From Armatimonadota bacterium (GTDB lineage: Bacteria > Armatimonadota > SYMT01): 64,000 nucleotides of DNA. This document shows positions 47,092 to 53,904 of this stretch, piece after piece (within the stretch, counting starts at the first letter, position 1; each line of letters starts with the position of its first letter). Both the position numbers and the translations under genes were made by a program. A model generated the notes under the pieces. The model ran no database searches, had not been told where the DNA came from, and saw only the letters and a list, made by a program, of their open reading frames with translations. The DNA is taken from the NCBI GenBank assembly GCA_046292385.1, contig JBKBRF010000028.1, forward strand, positions 1 through 64,000. Direction: 5' to 3'.

Positions 47092-47703
47092 GTGGCTACT
47101 ACGCTTTCACTTCGCTTCCGCCGCGCCCTGGCGCTGGCGGCGGCGCTGACCGTGCTGCTCCCCGTCTTCGCCACCCCGGCGGAAGCCCGCCGTGGACGCG
47201 GTGGGGACGACCGCGGCGTCGGCGACGACCGCGGCGGCGACCGCGGCGGCGACGATGACCGGAACGACGACGGCGGCGGCCGTGGCCGGGGCCGGGGCGG
47301 CGATGACCGCGGCGGCAGCCGGGGACGAATCCGCAATGATTACCGCCTGGTACCGACTGCCGCCGGCGAGGAGGACGGCCTGTTCGGCAAGGCAAGGCTG
47401 GAGGCGCGGTCGGACCGCTTCCGACTGCGCGTGCAGGTGAAGACGCCGGTCCTGCCGCAGGGCACCGTGCTGCAGGCCTACGCGCTGGTGAACGGCGCGG
47501 GCGGCGTGCAGCGGCTCTTCCTCGGCTCCCTGGTGCTCCAGCCGAGCGACAACCACGCGAACCTGATGGAGGACAAGGTCGACCTGCGCGCTTTCCCCAG
47601 CGGCATCACCTCGCCGGGCCAGGTCGCCGGCTTCGAGGTGACGGACCAGGATTCCACCGTGACGCTGCTGACCTCGGTGCTGACGCGGTCGCGCAGCCGC
47701 TGA
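47092..47703 (+). CDS. secreted protein with Gly/Asp/Arg low-complexity (GGDDRG) repeats and a beta-rich C-domain
   Basis: AAGGAG RBS, GTG start, signal peptide ending AEA, RRGRGGDDRG repeats. Confidence 0.75.
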   Translation: MATTLSLRFRRALALAAALTVLLPVFATPAEARRGRGGDDRGVGDDRGGDRGGDDDRNDDGGGRGRGRGGDDRGGSRGRIRNDYRLVPTAAGEEDGLFGKARLEARSDRFRLRVQVKTPVLPQGTVLQAYALVNGAGGVQRLFLGSLVLQPSDNHANLMEDKVDLRAFPSGITSPGQVAGFEVTDQDSTVTLLTSVLTRSRSR

Positions 47704-47721
47704 TCTGCTGCGATCCGCGGT

Positions 47722-47757
47722 CCGGGACCGGAGGCGTTTCCGGTCCCGGGCCTTCTT
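47722..47757 (+). terminator. hairpin/terminator
   Basis: CCGGGACCGGA GGCGTT TCCGGTCCCGG followed by CCTTCTT. Confidence 0.55.
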
Positions 47758-47770
47758 CGCGTTTTGGGGT

Positions 47771-47800
47771 GACGTATCGGGTGGAGTGTTGCGTTTTGTA
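47771..47800 (+). promoter_or_regulatory. candidate ECF promoter, degenerate copy upstream of the sigma gene
   Basis: GACGTATCGG-N15-TTGTA. Confidence 0.4.
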
Positions 47801-47908
47801 TTATGGTGGCGCGGGCGTACCGCGGGATGCGCCGGGGGTATGCTGAGAGTGAGGACCCGGCCGAATTGTGGCTCTGGCTAACTACGGCGCCCGGTATGCG
47901 GTGAGAAG

Positions 47909-48490
47909 GTGTACGTGAGAGAGCAGGACTGGCCCCTTGTCCGCGCCTGTGAGGCGGGAGACCGGAAGGCGTGGGAGACGCTCATCCGGCGCTACGAGCG
48001 CCTGTTGATGGCGATCCCGCGCCGCTGCGGACTCTCCGAGGAAGACGCCGCCGACGTCTTCCAGACCGTCTGCATGAAGCTGGTGGAGAACCTCTCCCGG
48101 CTGCGAGACGAGCGACACCTCACCGGCTGGCTCATCACCACCGCCAAGCACGAGTCGTGGAACATCCACCGCAAGCGGAAGCGGCTGGAGGCGCTCGTCG
48201 AGCCGGAGGCGCTCGGCAGCACCGACGCGACGACCGACCTCCTCGTCTCCGACGAACTCCTCCCGGAAGAGGCGGTGCAGCGCCTGGAAGAAGCGCAGCT
48301 CGTGCGCGAGGCGCTGGAGGATCTGGGCGAGCGCTGCCGGCTGCTGCTGCAGCTCCTCTATCATTCCGATCCCCCGCTCACCTACGCGGAGGTGGCGGCG
48401 CGCCTGAACGTCTCCACCGGCGCGATCGGTCCCACCCGCGGCCGGTGCCTGGTCCAGCTCAAGAAGATCCTGGATCGCAACGGCTTTTGA
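47909..48490 (+). CDS. ECF-type RNA polymerase sigma-70 factor
   Basis: GDRKAWETLIRRY, DAADVFQTV, GWLITTAKHE; region 4 YAEVAARLNVSTGAIGPTRGRCL. Confidence 0.93.
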   Translation: MYVREQDWPLVRACEAGDRKAWETLIRRYERLLMAIPRRCGLSEEDAADVFQTVCMKLVENLSRLRDERHLTGWLITTAKHESWNIHRKRKRLEALVEPEALGSTDATTDLLVSDELLPEEAVQRLEEAQLVREALEDLGERCRLLLQLLYHSDPPLTYAEVAARLNVSTGAIGPTRGRCLVQLKKILDRNGF

Positions 48491-48518
48491 TGTATCTCCG
48501 CGCCGTTTCGGGTCTTTA
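48489..48518 (+). promoter_or_regulatory. candidate ECF promoter, copy 2 (overlaps the sigma stop)
   Basis: GATGTATCTC-N15-CTTTA. Confidence 0.55.
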
Positions 48519-48548
48519 ACCATGCGGATGGGCGCTGCCGGCCCACCT

Positions 48549-48640
48549 GTTGCAAGTTGGCAGGTTGCAGGTTAGCAGGTTGGGAACCCCCGCTGACGGG
48601 ATGCAAACCTGCAACCTGCCAACCTGCAACCTACCAACAG
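48549..48640. repeat. GCAGGTT / AACCTGC inverted heptamer arms
   Basis: gttgcaagttggcaggttgcaggttagcaggtt ... aacctgcaacctgccaacctgcaacctacc. Confidence 0.85.
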
Positions 48641-48674
48641 ACTTCAGCCCACCCGGACTTGAAGAGAGTTAACG

Positions 48675-49280
48675 ATGGCTACCCGCGACCACCTGACCCC
48701 TGAAGAGCTCCTTGCCTGTGCGGAGGGGAGCGCGGACGACCGCCTGCTGGCGCGGGTCCGCCGCCACCTGGAGAGCGGGTGCGCCGGCTGCTCCGCCGAG
48801 CTCGACTCCTGGACGCGGATGCACTCCGCGCTGCAGGCCGACCGGGAGCCGGGCGCGCCGGACTGGGTGCTGGAGCGCGCGCTGGGAATGATCGACCGCA
48901 TCGAGCGGCAGCCGACGCTGTGGGAGCGGATCACCGCCGCCCTGGTGTGGGACAGCCGCACGCAGCCGGTCCCTGCCGGGATCCGGGACGCGGGCAGCAA
49001 CGCCTTCTCACTGCTGTTCAAGGCCGACTCGATCCACGTCGACCTGCTCTGCGAGCGAGAGGGCAACTCCTGGCGGATCACCGGCCAGGTCCTCTCCGAG
49101 CCCCCGGCGGAGCTGCCGTGGCGCGCCAGCCTGCACGGGGGCGGCGAGAGCCGGGAAGCGGAGGTGGCGCGGGGGGGCGAGCTCTCCTTCGAGAACGTGC
49201 CACCCGGCACCTACAGCCTGACGCTCACCAGCCAGGGCCGCTCGATCCTGCTGCCGGACATCCGGCTCTCCCCCGCCTGA
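48675..49280 (+). CDS. putative soluble anti-sigma factor (zf-HC2-like N-terminus, carboxypeptidase-regulatory-like C-domain)
   Basis: HLTPEEL...HLESGCAGC; ITGQVL...GELSFENVPPGTYSL; no TM segment; follows the sigma gene. Confidence 0.72.
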   Translation: MATRDHLTPEELLACAEGSADDRLLARVRRHLESGCAGCSAELDSWTRMHSALQADREPGAPDWVLERALGMIDRIERQPTLWERITAALVWDSRTQPVPAGIRDAGSNAFSLLFKADSIHVDLLCEREGNSWRITGQVLSEPPAELPWRASLHGGGESREAEVARGGELSFENVPPGTYSLTLTSQGRSILLPDIRLSPA

Positions 49281-49287
49281 GCCCCGG

Positions 49288-52092
49288 ATGTCTTCTCTCG
49301 TTCAACAACTACTGGCGGCGTCCCCCGAGGAGCGCGCGCGCCTGCTCCGGGGCAAGCCCGACGCCGGCTTCTCCGACGTGAACGAGCTTGCCGAGCGGGC
49401 CCGCGCCGCCGCGCGCGCCAATCCGGCGGAGGGGCTGCAACTGGCGCAGACCGCCCGGGCGCTGGCGGAGGCGATTGCAGATCCCCGCGGGCGGGCGGTC
49501 GCCTCCCGCGCGCTGGGGGTGGCGCTCTGGGCGCGCGCCGGCTGGAGCGAGGCGCTGGCCGCCTTCACCGAGGGGGAGCGGGCGGCGCTCGACGCGGGCG
49601 ACGCGCTCCTGGCGGCGCAGGTGCCGATCCTGGCGGTCGAGGTGCTGGCGCAGCTCGGGCGGCATCCGGAGGCGCTCGCGCTGGCCGACCGCCTGGAAGC
49701 GCAGCTCCGGTCGCTGGGAGCGGAGCTGGACGCCGCCAAGGTGGTGGCGAACGCGGGGAACATCCACTTCCAGCGCGGCGAGTATGCCGCGGCGCTGCAG
49801 TCGTGGACCCAGGCGCTGGAGTTCTTCCGTGCGGCGGGTAACGAGCCGGCGGTCGCGCAGCTCCAGATCAACATCGCCAACGTCCTCACCCACCTGAACC
49901 GGCTGCCGGACGCCGTCCGCCGCTACGAGGAGGCCCGCAGCGCCTTCGAGGCCGCCGGGGTGGAGTCGGTGGTCGCGGGCGTCGAGGGAAACCTCGGCTT
50001 CCTGCAGTTCGTGGCCGGCCGCTATCCGGAGGCGCTGCGCAGACTGGAGCAGGCGCGGACCCGCTTCGAGCGGCTGGAGCTCCCGAAAGACCTGGCGAAG
50101 TGCGACCGCGAGACGGCGGACATCTACCTGGAGCTGAACCTGCTGCCGGAGGCGGTGGAGGCGTATGAGCGGGTGCGGCCGCTCTTCCAGGAGCTGCAGG
50201 TGCCGGTGGAGGCAGCCCGCTGCGACCTCGGGCTGGCGACCGCTCTCGGGCGGCTCGACCGGCGCGCAGAGGCGGAGGAGGCGCTGAAGCGCGCGGAGGC
50301 GGCGTTCCGCGCTGCCGGGAACGAGGTCGGCACCGCCCGGGCGGCGCTGCTGCGCGTGGAGCTGGAGCTGGAGGAGGCGCCGGACCGGGAGCGAAGCGCG
50401 CGCGCGGCGGAGCGTATCTTCCGCCGCCACGGGATGGTGCTCGCGGCGGCGCGGGCGCGGCTGGCGCCGCTCGAGCAGCGGGTGGAGGCGGGCGGAAGCC
50501 CGGTGCGGTCGCTGCGGCGCCTGCGGGCGGAGGTAGAGACCGAGGCGCTCTTCTCCCTGCGCTGGCGGGTGGAGGCGGCGCTGGCCCGCGCGGCGGTGAA
50601 TGCGGGGAAGCCCCGGTCCGCGCTGACGCACTACCGGCGAGCGGTGGAGGAGATCGAGCGGGCGCGGCACCTGCTGCCGGGGGAGGAGCTCCGCATCGCC
50701 TTCCTGCGGGACAAGACGCGCCTGCTGGAAGAGCTGCTGGGCCTCCTGCTCGACCGCGGCACGCCCGCGGCGCTGCGGGAGGCGTTCCGGCTGGCGGAGC
50801 GCGCCAAGTCGCGCGTGCTGGCGGAGCTGCTCTCCGGCCCGGTGGAGGCGCTGGAGAGCGACGACCCCGAGCGGCAGGCGCTGACGGCGCGGCTGGAGGA
50901 GCTCCGGGCGCAGCTGAAGTGGGACCACGACCGCCAGGAGACCGGCGGCGGAGAGGCGAGCCGCCTGCCTGCTGCCGACGCGGAGCTGCCGGAGCGGGTG
51001 CGCCGCCTGGAGCAGGAGTACCTGCAGACCCGCCGTCGGCTGCAGCTCTCCGGAGGTCGGCAGGTCGCCTTCGGCGAGCCGCCGGAGCTGCGCGCGCTTC
51101 AGTCGCTCCTGCAGGACGACGAGCAGCTGGTGGAGTACGTGACGGTGCGGGACGAGGTGATCGCCTTCGTGGTCGACCGCCGCCGCTTCCACGCGGTGCG
51201 CGGCCTCGCCTCCCGCCGGGAGGTGGAGGAGCTGGCCCGGCGGCTCGGCCTCCAGTGGGCGCGGGCGGCGTCGGGCGGGCTGCCGCCGCTGTTCCGGGAC
51301 CGGCTGCTCCAGAGCACGGAAGCGGTGCTGCGGGAGCTGTACGAGGCGCTGGTGGAGCCGCTGGAGCCGCTGCTCACCGGGCGACGGATCACGCTGATCC
51401 CGCACGGCGCGCTGCACGGCGTGCCGTTCCACGCGCTGCACGACGGGGTCGACTACCTCCTGGAGCGCTGGGAGATCGCCTACGCCCCCAGCGCCGGCGT
51501 CTGGCGCGCCTGCCGGCTGCGGCCGGAGCCGGAGACCCGGGAGTCGCTGCTCTACGGCGTCTCCGATCCGGCGCTGCCGCACGTGCGGTCGGAGGTCGAA
51601 GGCCTCGCCGCCCTGCTCGACAGCTCCCGCGCGCTGCACGACGGGCAGGCGACCCTCGCCGCCGTCCCCCGCGACGGAGCGTTCCGGTACCTGCACTTCG
51701 CCACGCATGCGGTCTTCCGTGAGGACAACCCGCTCTTCTCCGGCCTGAAGCTGGCGGACGGCTGGCTCATCGCGCACGATCTCTATCGCCGCCGGCTGGA
51801 GTGCTGCCTCGCCACCCTCTCCGCCTGCCGGACGGGGGTCAGCCACGTGGCTCCGGGCGACGAGACGCTGGGGTTGGTCCGCGGCTTCCTGCACGCGGGC
51901 GCCCGCGCGGTGCTGGTGAGCCTGTGGGTGGCGGACGATACGGCGACCGCGGAGCTGATGCAGCAGTGTTACGCGCGCCTGGCGGCGGGAGAGAGCCGCG
52001 CCGCAGCGCTGCGGGAGGCTCAGCGGGTGGTCCGCTCCCGTTATCCGCACCCGTTCCACTGGGCGCCGTTCGTGATGGTGGGAGCTTCCTGA
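49288..52092 (+). CDS. TPR-CHAT (caspase-like clan CD) protease
   Basis: TPR repeats; AERAKSR, LIPHGALHGVPFHAL, YAPSA, HFATH (His), LSACRTG (Cys), SLWVADD, HPFHWAPF. Confidence 0.93.
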   Translation: MSSLVQQLLAASPEERARLLRGKPDAGFSDVNELAERARAAARANPAEGLQLAQTARALAEAIADPRGRAVASRALGVALWARAGWSEALAAFTEGERAALDAGDALLAAQVPILAVEVLAQLGRHPEALALADRLEAQLRSLGAELDAAKVVANAGNIHFQRGEYAAALQSWTQALEFFRAAGNEPAVAQLQINIANVLTHLNRLPDAVRRYEEARSAFEAAGVESVVAGVEGNLGFLQFVAGRYPEALRRLEQARTRFERLELPKDLAKCDRETADIYLELNLLPEAVEAYERVRPLFQELQVPVEAARCDLGLATALGRLDRRAEAEEALKRAEAAFRAAGNEVGTARAALLRVELELEEAPDRERSARAAERIFRRHGMVLAAARARLAPLEQRVEAGGSPVRSLRRLRAEVETEALFSLRWRVEAALARAAVNAGKPRSALTHYRRAVEEIERARHLLPGEELRIAFLRDKTRLLEELLGLLLDRGTPAALREAFRLAERAKSRVLAELLSGPVEALESDDPERQALTARLEELRAQLKWDHDRQETGGGEASRLPAADAELPERVRRLEQEYLQTRRRLQLSGGRQVAFGEPPELRALQSLLQDDEQLVEYVTVRDEVIAFVVDRRRFHAVRGLASRREVEELARRLGLQWARAASGGLPPLFRDRLLQSTEAVLRELYEALVEPLEPLLTGRRITLIPHGALHGVPFHALHDGVDYLLERWEIAYAPSAGVWRACRLRPEPETRESLLYGVSDPALPHVRSEVEGLAALLDSSRALHDGQATLAAVPRDGAFRYLHFATHAVFREDNPLFSGLKLADGWLIAHDLYRRRLECCLATLSACRTGVSHVAPGDETLGLVRGFLHAGARAVLVSLWVADDTATAELMQQCYARLAAGESRAAALREAQRVVRSRYPHPFHWAPFVMVGAS

Positions 52093-52190
52093 GGGATGAG
52101 GGATGAGGGATGAGGGATGAAGGATGAGGGATGAATCCGGACCTTCCGTGTCCGGTCGCTCCTACTCTCTCGTTCTCCTTCTCTTTCTCG
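52091..52190 (+). repeat. (GGGATGA)n composite repeat copy with a G-quadruplex motif
   Basis: GGGATGA x4, then GGATGAGGGATGA-ATCCGGACC and a CT-rich tail. Confidence 0.85.
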
Positions 52191-52364
52191 GGAGCGCGCC
52201 GGGGCGAGCCCGGTTGGCGGGAGGAGCAGCCGCGCGCGAACAGTTCTTCGATCTTTCTTCTCCCCTCTTTTTCATCTAGTCACTGGCTGAAGTAACCTGG
52301 GAGTTCTGCCGACGAACGGTACGAAATGGTACCGATTTGCAGGGCCGGCTCCGGAGTCGAACCG

Positions 52365-53660
52365 ATGCGCTTAACCACGATTGGATTGGCAGTCTTGATC
52401 CTGCTGGCCGGGGCCACGGAGGCCCAGGCGCGGCGGGGGCGGAACCGGCTGAAGGAGCTCACCAAGAATGAGCTGGTGGTCCGCCTGGCTCCAGGGACCG
52501 ACGCTCAGAAGTTCGCCCGGGATTACCGGGTGAAGGTGATCTCCCAGGGCACCGGCAGCGGCCGCTACCGGGTGAAGATGCGGAACACCCGGGATGCCGC
52601 GCGCCTGCTGGCGAAGCGGCTGCAGGATACCCGCATCATCAGCGCGGACAAGAACCTCCCGGCCCCCTCGCCCCCGGGGGAGCAGGCGCAGTGGACCACC
52701 GCTTTCGACGGCGACCGCGGCCCGCGCGCCTACGACGGCCAGCTGGCGATCGGGCAGGTCCGCTTCACGCAGGCGCCGACGCTGGCAGACGGCGCCGGCG
52801 TGACGGTGGCGGTTCTCGATACCGGCATCTCCCGGCGGCACCCGCACCTGGCGGCGCAGACGGTGGAGGGCTGGAACTTCGTGGACGACAACGCCGACAC
52901 GGACGACCGCCCCTACCAGCTCGACCTGGACGGGGACCGGGTCCGGGATGAGGGCCTGGGCCACGGGACGGTGGTCGCCGGCCTCATCGCCCGCTTCGCC
53001 CCGAAAGCGACGCTGCTGCCGGTGCGCGTGCTGAACAGCGAGGGCATGGGAACGGTCTGGGACGCGGTGCGCGGCATCGAGTACGCCATCTCGAAGGGCG
53101 CGCGGGTCTTGAACCTGAGCTTTGGCGTGCAGGAGCGCTCCGAGATCCTGGAAGACGCGATCAAGGAGGCGGAAGACGCGGGGGTGTTGATCATCACCAC
53201 CGCCGGCAACCACGCCAGTTCTCGCCCGCAGTACCCGGCGAAGTACTCTCACGTGGTGGCGGTCGGCGCCGTGAACGCGGACGACAGCCGGGCGAAGTTC
53301 TCCAACTTCGGGAGCGACGTCGACATCTACGCGCCGGGAGTCGACGTGGTGAGCACCTTCTGGGACGGCACCTACGTGGCGTGGTCCGGCACCTCGTTCG
53401 CCGCGCCGATGGTGAGCGGCACCGCCGCCCTGATCCTCTCCCGCAACCCGGGCCTCTCGCTGGAGGACGTGGGCGACCTGATCGAAGACACCGCCCGCCG
53501 CGCAGAGGCCGCCCGCAGCCTGCGCCGCGGCCGAGGCGGTGATGACGGCGGCAACAGCGGCCCCGGAGGCGGCGACCGCACCGAAATCCTCGACGTCGAC
53601 TCCGCCGTCACCGCCGCGATCAACGGCGGGGGTGATGACGACGATGAGGATGACGATTAG
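52365..53660 (+). CDS. secreted S8 subtilisin-like serine protease
   Basis: signal peptide, prodomain; VLDTG (Asp), GHGT (His), AGN, SGTSFAAP (Ser); acidic tail. Confidence 0.93.
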   Translation: MRLTTIGLAVLILLAGATEAQARRGRNRLKELTKNELVVRLAPGTDAQKFARDYRVKVISQGTGSGRYRVKMRNTRDAARLLAKRLQDTRIISADKNLPAPSPPGEQAQWTTAFDGDRGPRAYDGQLAIGQVRFTQAPTLADGAGVTVAVLDTGISRRHPHLAAQTVEGWNFVDDNADTDDRPYQLDLDGDRVRDEGLGHGTVVAGLIARFAPKATLLPVRVLNSEGMGTVWDAVRGIEYAISKGARVLNLSFGVQERSEILEDAIKEAEDAGVLIITTAGNHASSRPQYPAKYSHVVAVGAVNADDSRAKFSNFGSDVDIYAPGVDVVSTFWDGTYVAWSGTSFAAPMVSGTAALILSRNPGLSLEDVGDLIEDTARRAEAARSLRRGRGGDDGGNSGPGGGDRTEILDVDSAVTAAINGGGDDDDEDDD

Positions 53661-53666
53661 GGGCTA

Positions 53667-53880
53667 ATTCACCACAGAGCGCACAGAGGACACGGAGATT
53701 CCGAACCAGGAGATTCACCGCGGAGAACGCAAAGGACGCAGAGAGGGGAACAGAAGAGCGTGACACCGGGTCGCTGTACGGGGCTCGAGACGCGCAGCCG
53801 GCCCCTTCCTCTTGGCGAGCTTGGCGTTCTTGGCGGTAAAGGCTGGTTCTCTCCGCGTCCTCTGCGTCTCTGCGGTGAAT
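53667..53880. repeat. inverted CACCGCAGAG/nonamer-type repeat pair
   Basis: attcaccacagagcgcacagaggacacggag and attcaccgcggagaacgcaaaggacgcagag versus ctccgcgtcctctgcgtctctgcggtgaat. Confidence 0.8.
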
Positions 53881-53904
53881 CCGGTTCGGATCCGGCCCGG
53901 AAGC

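Noticed and set aside
49288..52092. CHAT as part of a type III-E CRISPR or gasdermin defence system
   Set aside because: No Cas7-11, CRISPR array or gasdermin-like ORF nearby; the comparison is mechanistic only.
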